Notes: generated from the letters alone by a model not told the origin. Positions 17,528-25,874 are shown, numbered from the stretch's first letter. The stretch is 32,076 nucleotides of DNA from an uncultured Acidimicrobiia bacterium (GCA_964538725.1 CAZIEQ010000002.1:1-32076); one strand, 5' to 3'. A program made the numbers and translations.

Positions 17528-17606
17528 GCCGTGCTGCTCACACCGGCGTCACGGGTATGCTCAGCACGAGTCGGGAAATGTGGGCGGCGCGGGAGGACAG
17601 GGCTCA

Positions 17607-18011
17607 ATGGCTTCGATCGACACCATCGAGGGGCTTGGCGTCACCGAGGCGCGCAAACTACGCAAAGCGGGCATTCGCACCACCGAGAAGCTGCTCAAGG
17701 TCTGTGCCGAGCGTAAGGGCAGGCGCGCCCTGGCCCGGCGGTTGGCGATCGCAGAGAAGGAGATCCTGGGATGGGTCAACCGGGCCGATCTCATGCGAGT
17801 CAAAGGCGTGGGTCGGGAGTATGCCGATCTCCTGGAGCACATCGGCGTCGACACGGTGCGGGAGCTGGGGCGACGCAACGCGGGAAACCTCCACGAGGCC
17901 ATAGTCAATGTGAACGGGACCAAACGTTGGGTGCGCCGGCTCCCGACACGAGGCATGGTCGATGCCTGGGTGGCACAGGCCGCCACCATGGACCCCCGGG
18001 TCAAGCACTGA
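17607..18011 (+). CDS. DUF4332 domain-containing protein (helix-hairpin-helix-like)
   Basis: ATG at 17607. IEGLGVTEARKLRKAGIRTTEKLL...LMRVKGVGREYADLLEHIGVDTVRELG is the duplicated DUF4332 pattern. Confidence 0.65.
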   Translation: MASIDTIEGLGVTEARKLRKAGIRTTEKLLKVCAERKGRRALARRLAIAEKEILGWVNRADLMRVKGVGREYADLLEHIGVDTVRELGRRNAGNLHEAIVNVNGTKRWVRRLPTRGMVDAWVAQAATMDPRVKH

Positions 18012-18036
18012 GCAGCGGCCTCTGAGGGCCGCTGCT
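18011..18036. terminator. Bidirectional stem-loop between convergent genes
   Basis: AGCAGCGGCC (18011-18020) and GGCCGCTGCT (18027-18036) form a perfect 10-bp stem with a 6-nt loop. It starts at the last base of the 17607..18011 stop codon and lies about 55 nt downstream of the stop of 18091..18519. There is no clear U-tract. Confidence 0.55.
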
Positions 18037-18090
18037 CGTCAAGAATGCTGTGTGACTGGGTGATACCGGCCGGCGTGGCCTCTCGGATCG

Positions 18091-18519
18091 TCAGTCGGAC
18101 TCTTTGGCCTTCTTCGCCGCGGTCGCCTTAGCCGCTTTCGATGGCGGGGTCTTGACAGGCGTCTTCCCGGCGGGTGCCGGTGCGGTGTCCTCAGCCGTGT
18201 CGTCGCTGCGGTCACCGGGGCGGAAGGTTGCCTTCCAATTTCCGAGGACAGATTCCAGCTGGTCCTTGAGCCTGGTCACCTGGTCGCTGAGTTGATCGAA
18301 ATCGACTCGGCTTTGCAACTCCTCGATGACCTTCTGCTGACGAAGTTTGGCTGCAGTCCGTTCTCCTTCTTCCGCCATCAGGTCGAACTCCCGACGTGCC
18401 GTGTCGGTGAGGCCTGTCTGCCAGCGCTTCGACTGCTCCCACATCTTGTCTTTCAACTCGCCGAGGCGGCGGCCGGCCACCACCGGCGCTCCGACGGCGG
18501 CATGGATCGCCTTGTTCAT
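18091..18519 (-). CDS. HbhA-like coiled-coil protein with a Lys/Ala/Pro-rich basic C-terminal tail
   Basis: 142 aa. The ATG at 18519 forms an ATGA overlap with the upstream regulator stop, with GAGGAGG upstream. A coiled-coil core is followed by the tail APAGKTPVKTPPSKAAKATAAKKAKESD, resembling mycobacterial heparin-binding hemagglutinin architecture. Confidence 0.55.
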   Translation of the reverse strand: MNKAIHAAVGAPVVAGRRLGELKDKMWEQSKRWQTGLTDTARREFDLMAEEGERTAAKLRQQKVIEELQSRVDFDQLSDQVTRLKDQLESVLGNWKATFRPGDRSDDTAEDTAPAPAGKTPVKTPPSKAAKATAAKKAKESD

Positions 18520-18851
18520 GATTCCTCCTCATTGGTGAAGCTCCGGTAGATCTCGACCAGGGCCTGTTTCTGTCGTTGATTGAGTTGACCGTCTGCATGA
18601 ATGGCAGCCTCGACGCCGGAGGCCTCTCCGTGGTCGAGCAAACCGGCCTGTTCGTAGAGTGTCTCGGCGCTCAGCGAGAGGGCCCGCGCCAGCGACTTGA
18701 GTATCTCGGCCGACGGTTTGCGGAGACCGCGTTCCACCTGGCTCAGGTAGGGGTTGGATATCCCCGCCCTGTCGGCGAGCTTGCGCAGCGATAGCGCGCT
18801 CGCCTCCCGCTGCTGGCGGATGAAGGCTCCGATGTCGGTGAGTCCGTTCAT
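18516..18851 (-). CDS. XRE-family helix-turn-helix transcriptional regulator
   Basis: The ATG at 18851 (MNGLTDIGAFIRQQREASALSLRKLADRAGISNPYLSQVERGLRKPSAEIL) begins a classic HTH_3/XRE motif. The track ORF starts at 18887, but that extension falls in the AT-rich promoter region. Confidence 0.8.
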   Translation of the reverse strand: MNGLTDIGAFIRQQREASALSLRKLADRAGISNPYLSQVERGLRKPSAEILKSLARALSLSAETLYEQAGLLDHGEASGVEAAIHADGQLNQRQKQALVEIYRSFTNEEES

Positions 18852-18955
18852 TGCTAGCAGAATATAGCAATGTGCTAGCATATGCAAGCAGAATCTGCAA
18901 CCGAATAGCCCGTTTCGTGTATCTAGAGTCTTGCCCCCGAGTAGGAACTGGAGGA
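18852..18955. promoter_or_regulatory. Divergent promoter/operator region, the only AT-rich stretch in the window
   Basis: On the minus strand the reading is TTGCAT (18887-18882) - 15 to 17 nt - TATATT/TATTCT (18866-18859), ending 8-10 nt before the ATG at 18851, which implies a leaderless or near-leaderless transcript. Palindromes: TGCTAGCA twice (18852-18859 and 18873-18880) and GCATATGC (18878-18885). GCAGAAT occurs twice, 31 nt apart (18857 and 18888). Confidence 0.5.
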
Positions 18956-19993
18956 GTGACCATTCGAGGTGACGAGGCGCTCGTCATTGTGATGCACAAG
19001 GATGCCGAGGACGACGACATTGCCGGCGTCGTGGATCGCCTCGCCTCGGTGGGGGCGCAGGCTCACGTCTCACGGGGAACGTCACGGACGGTGATCGGCG
19101 CTGTCGGAGACGGGCAGCTGGTACTGCAGGTGCCGTGGGAAGTCCTCCCCGGCGTCGAGCGGGCAGTCCCAGTGCTCACGCCGTTCCGATTCGTGAGCCG
19201 TGACTTTCAGGTGGCGGATTCGGTGATCGAAGTCGGCGGAGTGGCAGTTGGTGGTGGGGCATTCGGCGTCATTGCAGGCCCCTGCGCCGTTGAAAGCCGA
19301 GACCAGTTGTTCGCCGCCGCGGCCGCGGTGAAGAAGGCCGGGGCGACGATCCTGCGGGGCGATGCCTACAAGCCGCGCACTTCCCCGTATTCCTTCCAGG
19401 GGTTGGGTGAGGAAGGCCTCGAGTTGCTGGCGGCGGCGCGTGTCGAGTTCGAGATGCCGTTCGTCGCCGAGGTCGTCGATCCACGCGACGTGGATCTCGT
19501 CGTCTCCCACGCCGACATGGTGCGCGTAGGTTCCCGTAACATGGCCAACTTCACCTTGCTCGCCGAACTGGGCCGCCAACCGAAACCGGTCATGCTGAAG
19601 CGGGGTCTCACGGCCACCATCGAAGAGTGGCTCGACGCCGCCGAGTACATCTACAAGGAAGGCAACCACGACGTCCTCCTCTGCGAACGCGGCATTCGAA
19701 CCTTCGAAACCGCCACCCGCAACACGCTCGATATTTCGGCGGTACCCGTGGTGAAAACGCTGTCACATCTTCCCGTCGCCGTCGATCCGAGCCATGCAGC
19801 CGGCAGGCGCGATCTGGTGCCTGCGCTGGCGAAGGCAGGCCTTGCGGCCGGCGCCGACGGGATCATGCTCGATGTGCATGCGGCGCCAGAGACTGCTCTG
19901 GTCGATGGTCCGCAGGCAGTTCTTCCAGGCGAATTCGCCGACTTGATGGACGAGCTGAGACGTGTGGCCGCCGCCCTGGGGGTCGACCTCTGA
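18956..19993 (+). CDS. aroF: 3-deoxy-7-phosphoheptulonate (DAHP) synthase, type I-beta, with an N-terminal ferredoxin-like regulatory domain
   Basis: Core blocks: [59 protein letters not shown] and [13 protein letters not shown]. The N-terminal segment [18 protein letters not shown] resembles the Thermotoga-type FL domain. The GTG at 18956 was chosen as the start, but the alternatives TTG 18851 and ATG 18992 cannot be excluded. Confidence 0.85.
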   Translation: MTIRGDEALVIVMHKDAEDDDIAGVVDRLASVGAQAHVSRGTSRTVIGAVGDGQLVLQVPWEVLPGVERAVPVLTPFRFVSRDFQVADSVIEVGGVAVGGGAFGVIAGPCAVESRDQLFAAAAAVKKAGATILRGDAYKPRTSPYSFQGLGEEGLELLAAARVEFEMPFVAEVVDPRDVDLVVSHADMVRVGSRNMANFTLLAELGRQPKPVMLKRGLTATIEEWLDAAEYIYKEGNHDVLLCERGIRTFETATRNTLDISAVPVVKTLSHLPVAVDPSHAAGRRDLVPALAKAGLAAGADGIMLDVHAAPETALVDGPQAVLPGEFADLMDELRRVAAALGVDL

Positions 19994-20019
19994 AGGCCTT
20001 TCGCAGCTCGGCCTGCCGT

Positions 20020-21183
20020 TCAGCCGGTTGCGGCAAGTGCCATCAGGATGGCCGTGCCGGCGGCGATTCCGGCCTCGATGGCGGCTTCATCGATACGGAA
20101 GTGAGCGGAATGCAGATCGACGGCCGGGCCCCTCGGCGCTGCTCCTAGCCTGATCAGCGCCCCCGGGATGCGCTGGAGATACCACGCGAAATCCTCTGCA
20201 CCCATTGAACGATGCGTCTCTTGGATGGCGCCGGGCCCCAGCAACGATTGCAGTGCCGTAGCCGACGATCGGATGATCGGGCCGTCGTTGATGACGGGCG
20301 GTGCGCCTTGGGTGTACTCCAGCTCGACACCCGCACCGCGGGATTGTGCGAGGGCGCGCACCTTTCCATCGACGATGGGAGGCATCCGACGCCAGGTGTC
20401 CATGTCGACCGTGCGTACGGTGCCTGCCATCGACAGGTCGGCCGGCATGACGTTTTCCGCACTGCCGGCGTGGATTGTGCCGAAGACCGCCACCAGGTTG
20501 TGGGGCGCGGCGGCAGTGCGCAGCGCCGGCGGCAGCTCGTTGACGATGACGGCGGCCGTCTGGATCAGATCGACGGCACGTTCGGGACGCGAGGTGTGCC
20601 CGCCGGGTCCGCTGAGCCGAATACGGATGCGGTCCGAGGCAGATGTGATAGGCCCTTCCCGCAGCCCGAACACGCCTGCGGGCCGCTCCGGGTCGATGTG
20701 GAACGCGATCAGCTTCTCCAGCCCTTCCAGAGCGCCGAAGTCGATCAGGTCGCGAGCACCCGCTGGAACCTGTTCCTCTGCCGGCTGAAAGAGGAAGCGG
20801 TACCGGCCTCGCGGTGCCAGCGCCGCCAGTGTCTTGGCGATGCCGACGGCAACCGCGGTGTGAACGTCGTGGCCGCAAGCATGCATGATTCCGGGAATCT
20901 CCGACGAGAACTCTTCGCCACTCGCTTCATCTACCGGCAGTGCGTCGAGGTCGGCGCGAAAGCCGACGCACGGTCCGTCGGTACCGACTTCGGCGACCAG
21001 GCCGGTGCCTGCAGGCAACAGCTTCGGCTCGATGCCGGCGTCCTTCAGGGAAGCAGCGACGCGGCGAGTCGTCTCCACCTCGTGTCTGGCCAGCTCTGGC
21101 CGGCGGTGAACCGCCCTGCGCAGCGCCACGGAAGCAGGTGTCTCCGCTCGCGCGGCAACACGTATTTCGGCTACGGGGAGCAT
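20020..21183 (-). CDS. M20-family amidohydrolase (N-acyl-L-amino acid amidohydrolase / hippurate hydrolase-like)
   Basis: The ATG at 21183 (MLPVAEI...) lies 10 nt after the glnE stop. LRRAVHRRPELARHEVETTRRV, FRADLDALPV and MHACGHDVHTA are M20D signature blocks. The track ORF extension to 21420 overlaps glnE. Confidence 0.8.
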   Translation of the reverse strand: MLPVAEIRVAARAETPASVALRRAVHRRPELARHEVETTRRVAASLKDAGIEPKLLPAGTGLVAEVGTDGPCVGFRADLDALPVDEASGEEFSSEIPGIMHACGHDVHTAVAVGIAKTLAALAPRGRYRFLFQPAEEQVPAGARDLIDFGALEGLEKLIAFHIDPERPAGVFGLREGPITSASDRIRIRLSGPGGHTSRPERAVDLIQTAAVIVNELPPALRTAAAPHNLVAVFGTIHAGSAENVMPADLSMAGTVRTVDMDTWRRMPPIVDGKVRALAQSRGAGVELEYTQGAPPVINDGPIIRSSATALQSLLGPGAIQETHRSMGAEDFAWYLQRIPGALIRLGAAPRGPAVDLHSAHFRIDEAAIEAGIAAGTAILMALAATG

Positions 21184-21193
21184 GCCGGTGATT

Positions 21194-24064
21194 CTACGTC
21201 GCGTCGTAGAAGCGGCGTTCGGTGACCCGGCGTGCCCGGCGGGTGAGGCGGCGGAAGGTCTCCCTGACCTCGACACCGGGATGAGGTCCCATCCCCAGGC
21301 TGGTGCCCAGTTTTCCCAGCTCGCGGCGGTCGGTGGGCAAGGAGTCGCGGGGGCGTCCCGCGAGGAGGAACAGGCGGTTGCGGACCCGGCCGCAGAATTC
21401 GTAGGCGGCACCGAGATCATGTGCCTCTACGGGCTCGAGAATCTGGTTGGATGCCAGTGCCTTGGTTGCCGCCAGCGTGTTGGTGTTGCGTATCCGCCGC
21501 TGGCTGCCTCCCGCCATCAGTTGGAGGATCTGGACGGTGAACTCGACGTCGACGAGTCCACCAGGACCGAACTTGAGATGGAATTGTGGATCTTCGCCGG
21601 GAGGGATGCGTTGACGCTCGGCGCGGGCTTTGAGGGTGCGGATGGTGCGGAGGGTGTTGGGGGGGAGGGTGTCGGGGTAGGTGAGGGGTTGGGTGTGGGT
21701 GAGGAAGGCGGTTCCTGTGGTGGTGGTGCCGCATGCGGGTCGGGCTTTGATGAGTGCCTGTAGCTCCCAGGGTTGCGACCATTGGGTGTAGTAGTTGCGG
21801 TAGGCGTCGAGGCTGCGAGCGAGGGGCCCTTGAGTTCCTTCGGGCCGCAGGTCGGCATCGACTTTGAATGCGGTGCCTTCGGGGGTGGAGGCGGCGAGGG
21901 CATCGATGAAGGCTTGGGCGAGGGTTTGGGCATGGCGGTGTGCGGTGTGGGGATCTACACCTCCGGGGTCGTAGGCGAAGAGGACATCGATGTCGGAGGC
22001 ATAGTTGAGTTCCCGTCCTCCCCATTTGCCCATGGCGATCACGCAGAAGCCGATGTCGGGTCCGCGGTGACGGCGCTGGGCGGCGTGCAGGGCTGCCGCT
22101 GCCGCGGCGTCGGCGAGGTCGGAGAGGAGACCCCCCACCGTAGGCATGTCCACCATGCCGAGCAGGTCACGGATGGCGATGCGCAGCATTCCACGACGAA
22201 CGAACCGCCTCACCGCACCCAACCACCCCACCCACGAATCCCTGACTGCAACCGCCGCCACTGCCTCCTCGGCCAGTGTCTCTCGGGTCGGCATCGTGGC
22301 GAGCGCGGTGTCGTCGCCCAGCTCGGAAAAGACTTCGGGGAGCCGGTCGAGAGAGTCGCCCAGCCAGCGGCTGGTCCCCAGCAGCTGACAGAGGCGCCGG
22401 GCGGTCACCGGGCTGTCCCGCAGTGCCGATGTCAGCTGGTCGTTGTCAGCCGCCGCCACGATGAGGATCCTCAGCTGGGTGAGACCTAGGTCGGGATCAG
22501 GGGTCTCCGACAGCCAGTCCATCATCAGGGGAAGGAGCTGTTGCATCAGCCGGCTGCGCCGTGACAGCCCGGATGTGAGGTCCGCCACCGCCCGCCGTGC
22601 TCCCTCCAAGTCACGAAACCCCAGAGCAGACAGCTGACGCTCTGCTCCATCTGGGGTGAGCCGCGCCGCCGGCGAGGCCGCGAATGCTTCCAGCAGGGGA
22701 CGGTAGAACAAGCCTTCATGAAGGCTGCGCACCGTGGCGCGATGATGGACCAGATCCTCTGAAAACGCGTCTACCGCCGCCATCTGCGGCTTGTCGCGAT
22801 AACCCATCGCCTTGGCAACGCGGATGCGCCCCTCATCGTCGGATGGTATGGAATGAGTGCGGCGAAGATCCCACATCTGAAGCCGGTGTTCCAGATTTCG
22901 CAGCCAGCGATACGAGGCAGCGAGGCTGGCGGCGTCGTCCGGTCTGACATATCCCGCCCCGCCCAGATGCGACAGTGCATCCAGGGTGGCGCCGCCGCGG
23001 AGCTCGTCGTCGAAGCGGCCGTGGACGAGCTGGAGGATCTGGACGGCGAACTCGACGTCGCGAATACCTCCGATTCCCCTCTTGATCTCAGATTCGCTCT
23101 CGCCGCGGCGGGCGAGGGCATCCTCGGCGCGGGCTTTGAGGGTGCGGATGGTGCGGAGGGTGTTGGGGGGGAGGGTGTCGGGGTAGGTGAGGGGTTGGGT
23201 GTGGGTGAGGAAGGCGGTTCCTGTGGTGGTGGTGCCGCATGCGGGTCGGGCTTTGATGAGTGCCTGTAGCTCCCAGGGTTGCGACCATTGGGTGTAGTAG
23301 TTGCGGTAGGCGTCGAGGCTGCGAGCGAGGGGCCCTTGAGTTCCTTCGGGCCGCAGGTCGGCATCGACTTTGAATGCGGTGCCTTCGGGGGTGGAGGCGG
23401 CGAGGGCATCGATGAAGGCTTGGGCGAGGGTTTGGGCATGGCGGTGTGCGGTGTGGGGATCTACACCTCCGGGGTCGTAGGCGAAGAGGACATCGATGTC
23501 GGAGGCATAGTTGAGTTCCCGTCCTCCCCATTTGCCCATGGCGATCACGCAGAAGCCGATGTCGGGTCCGCGGTGACGGCGCTGGGCGGCGTGCAGGGCT
23601 GCCGCTGCCGCGGCGTCGGCGAGGTCGGAGAGGAGACCCCCCACCGTAGGCATGTCCACCATGCCGAGCAGGTCACGGATGGCGATGCGCAGCATTCCAC
23701 GACGAACGAACCGCCTCACCGCACCCAACCACCCCACCCACGAATCGGCAGTTTCCAAGCGGGGAATCACGTCGCCGGCGACTGCTGCCGTCAACTCATC
23801 GGGCAGCCGAGCTATCCAGGTTGCCAATGCCCGGCTGGCGCCACACACAGCCACGGCAGCTTCTGCTGCCGCGGCTTCAGAGGCGATGATCCGCGCGTTT
23901 GCGGGGTCGGCTTCCAAGAATCGGAGGAGGCGCCGTCGGGCGCCGTCGGGGTCGGGGCCCGCTGCCAATGACTGCAGCGCCGCGACGGGGACCGGCAGCA
24001 GCTCGCCATCGGCGACCCATCCGACTGGTGTGAGGCGGGACGCGACGCTTGGATCGACGTTCAT
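21194..24064 (-). CDS. glnE: Bifunctional glutamine synthetase adenylyltransferase / adenylyl-removing enzyme GlnE
   Basis: 956 aa, a typical GlnE length. It has two nucleotidyltransferase cores (GKWGGRELNYASDIDVLF ... DADLRPEG), each followed by a distinct helical subdomain (IKRGIGGIRDVEFAVQILQL versus LKFGPGGLVDVEFTVQILQL). The two NT cores are 100 percent identical (see the repeat features). Confidence 0.9.
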   Translation of the reverse strand: MNVDPSVASRLTPVGWVADGELLPVPVAALQSLAAGPDPDGARRRLLRFLEADPANARIIASEAAAAEAAVAVCGASRALATWIARLPDELTAAVAGDVIPRLETADSWVGWLGAVRRFVRRGMLRIAIRDLLGMVDMPTVGGLLSDLADAAAAAALHAAQRRHRGPDIGFCVIAMGKWGGRELNYASDIDVLFAYDPGGVDPHTAHRHAQTLAQAFIDALAASTPEGTAFKVDADLRPEGTQGPLARSLDAYRNYYTQWSQPWELQALIKARPACGTTTTGTAFLTHTQPLTYPDTLPPNTLRTIRTLKARAEDALARRGESESEIKRGIGGIRDVEFAVQILQLVHGRFDDELRGGATLDALSHLGGAGYVRPDDAASLAASYRWLRNLEHRLQMWDLRRTHSIPSDDEGRIRVAKAMGYRDKPQMAAVDAFSEDLVHHRATVRSLHEGLFYRPLLEAFAASPAARLTPDGAERQLSALGFRDLEGARRAVADLTSGLSRRSRLMQQLLPLMMDWLSETPDPDLGLTQLRILIVAAADNDQLTSALRDSPVTARRLCQLLGTSRWLGDSLDRLPEVFSELGDDTALATMPTRETLAEEAVAAVAVRDSWVGWLGAVRRFVRRGMLRIAIRDLLGMVDMPTVGGLLSDLADAAAAAALHAAQRRHRGPDIGFCVIAMGKWGGRELNYASDIDVLFAYDPGGVDPHTAHRHAQTLAQAFIDALAASTPEGTAFKVDADLRPEGTQGPLARSLDAYRNYYTQWSQPWELQALIKARPACGTTTTGTAFLTHTQPLTYPDTLPPNTLRTIRTLKARAERQRIPPGEDPQFHLKFGPGGLVDVEFTVQILQLMAGGSQRRIRNTNTLAATKALASNQILEPVEAHDLGAAYEFCGRVRNRLFLLAGRPRDSLPTDRRELGKLGTSLGMGPHPGVEVRETFRRLTRRARRVTERRFYDAT
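21617..22240. repeat. Direct repeat copy 1 (624 bp), encoding the NT core of the C-terminal half of GlnE
   Basis: It matches 23123..23746 at an offset of exactly 1506 bp. I checked the boundaries base by base: mismatches occur at 21616/23122 and 22241/23747. Translations of the ORFs overlapping the two copies agree in three different frames, which implies nucleotide identity. Confidence 0.9.
23123..23746. repeat. Direct repeat copy 2 (624 bp), encoding the NT core of the N-terminal half of GlnE
   Basis: The evidence is the same as for copy 1. The offset of 1506 nt is 502 codons, so the repeat is in frame in both contexts (208 identical residues, DSWVGWLGAVRRF...RTIRTLKARAE). Confidence 0.9.
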
Positions 24065-24166
24065 GGGCTCACGCTGTCATCGGAACGTTGGCTGGCCACA
24101 CCGCATACTGCATACTGGTCCGGTTGACGGCCACCCGCGTGCCGGTGTCTGTCGTAACCTCCTCCC

Positions 24167-25864
24167 ATGGCCTTTCTGCGTGTCACCGGAGCCCAGATCG
24201 ACCTCACTGTCGGTGATCTCACCGGAAACCGGGAGCGCATTCTCGATGCGATGGCCTGGGCCGAGGGTGTCCAGGCCGACGTGCTGGTCCTGCCCGAGCT
24301 GGCCGTCACCGGCTACCCGCCTGAAGATCTGGTACTGCGTGAAGGGTTCATCGATGCCAACCTGCGCGTTGTCGCAGACCTCGCCAAATCCGCGGAAGAC
24401 GTCGTCACGGTTGTCGGTTTCGTCGACAGGGCTCAATCGCGCAGGGACGATTCGGCTGAGCGCCCCATAGCCAACGCGGCGGCGCTGCTTCACCGCGGCG
24501 AATTGCGGGGCGTGTATCACAAGGTGGCTCTGCCCAACTTTGGTGTCTTCGACGAAGACCGCTACTTCACCGCCGGCGTGGATGATGCCGGACTGTGGAG
24601 CGTGGGTTCGGTTTCGGTAGGAGTCTCGGTGTGTGAGGACATTTGGCTGCCGGACGGGCCTCCACTGCGGCAGGCGTCCGCCGGCGCCGGGCTACTCCTC
24701 AACATCAACGGATCCCCCTACCACCGTGGGAAGGGCGAAGAACGCGAAGCCCTGTTGTCCCGCCGAGCCCGCCAAGCCTCGACTCCGCTGGTGTATCTCA
24801 ACCTGGTGGGCGCTCAGGACGAGCTCGTCTTCGACGGGCAGTCGATGGTCTTTGATGCTTCAGGCGAGTTGCTCTACAGGGCACCCCAGTTCACCGAACA
24901 GCGTTTCTGGGTGGACGTCCCGGTGTCTCCCCGCCGTTCCGTTGGTGCCACTCCGGTTGCCCGCAGCGGATTGTTGGAAGGCTTGGCCGAGGCTCCACCG
25001 CCATCGGCTGAGCCTCTCGGCGACACCGAGGAACTGTATCGCGCCCTAGAGGCCGGCCTGAGGGGATACGTTGCCAAGAATGGCTTCACCGAGGTAGTGG
25101 TGGGGCTTTCGGGGGGCATTGACTCGGCGGTGACCGCTGCTATCGCCACCGATGCTCTCGGAGCCGGCGCGGTGTGGGGGGTGGCAATGCCGACGCGCTT
25201 CAGCTCTGAAGAGTCGGTGAGTGACGCTGCCGACCTGGCGGATCGGCTCGGTATTCGCTTCGACGTCGTGCCTGTCGATGATCTTCTCGCCGGCTATCTG
25301 AGAGCCCTCGGCCCAGTATTTGGCAATGGTGGGTTCGGCGTGGCCGAGGAGAACCTGCAGGCCCGCATCAGAGGGGCCGTCTTGATGGCCGTATCCAACA
25401 AGCTCGGGCCGATGGTGGTCGCCACCGGCAACAAGTCTGAGCTGGCGGTCGGATATGCCACGCTGTATGGGGACATGGCGGGGGGGTTCGCGGTGCTCAA
25501 GGACGTGTTCAAGACGACGGTGTACGAGTTGGCGGACTGGCGAAACCTGCAAGCTCCGGTGATACCTCCTGCGATCATCCTCAAGCCGCCGTCTGCAGAG
25601 TTGCGGCCCGGTCAGCTCGACAGCGACTCACTGCCACCGTACGAGGTGCTGGATCTCATCCTGGAGCGGTACGTGGAGAGGGATGAGAGGCCGAGCAGCA
25701 TCGTCGAGGCCGGATTCGACCCGGATGTGGTCAATGACATTGTGGCGAAAGTAGACCGCAATGAATACAAGCGGCGCCAGGCCGCGCCCGGTGTGCGGGT
25801 GACACGTAAGGCGTTCGGCAGAGACCGCCGTCTTCCGATCACCAACAAGTTTCGCCACCGTTAG
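24167..25864 (+). CDS. nadE: Glutamine-dependent NAD+ synthetase
   Basis: 565 aa. An N-terminal CN-hydrolase domain (MAFLRVTGAQIDLTVGDLTGN, CEDIW) is followed by a C-terminal NAD synthetase with the PP-loop GLSGGIDSAV. Confidence 0.9.
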   Translation: MAFLRVTGAQIDLTVGDLTGNRERILDAMAWAEGVQADVLVLPELAVTGYPPEDLVLREGFIDANLRVVADLAKSAEDVVTVVGFVDRAQSRRDDSAERPIANAAALLHRGELRGVYHKVALPNFGVFDEDRYFTAGVDDAGLWSVGSVSVGVSVCEDIWLPDGPPLRQASAGAGLLLNINGSPYHRGKGEEREALLSRRARQASTPLVYLNLVGAQDELVFDGQSMVFDASGELLYRAPQFTEQRFWVDVPVSPRRSVGATPVARSGLLEGLAEAPPPSAEPLGDTEELYRALEAGLRGYVAKNGFTEVVVGLSGGIDSAVTAAIATDALGAGAVWGVAMPTRFSSEESVSDAADLADRLGIRFDVVPVDDLLAGYLRALGPVFGNGGFGVAEENLQARIRGAVLMAVSNKLGPMVVATGNKSELAVGYATLYGDMAGGFAVLKDVFKTTVYELADWRNLQAPVIPPAIILKPPSAELRPGQLDSDSLPPYEVLDLILERYVERDERPSSIVEAGFDPDVVNDIVAKVDRNEYKRRQAAPGVRVTRKAFGRDRRLPITNKFRHR

Positions 25865-25874
25865 CCTGCCTGCA

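Noticed and set aside
21617-23746. Considered whether the glnE repeats could be a CRISPR-like array, an IS or MITE pair, or a diversity-generating retroelement template/variable pair
   Set aside because: There are only two copies and they are in frame inside a single conserved gene. There are no terminal inverted repeats or target-site duplications and no reverse transcriptase or transposase nearby. The copies are identical rather than showing adenine-specific differences.
24103-24118. Tandem GCATACT-GCATACT in the glnE/nadE intergenic region, and the 11-mer CTGCATACTGG shared with 14706..14716
   Set aside because: Two copies of a 7-mer and a single shared 11-mer are well within chance expectation for a 32-kb window scanned on both strands. 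There is no palindromic or GlnR-box-like structure that I could support.
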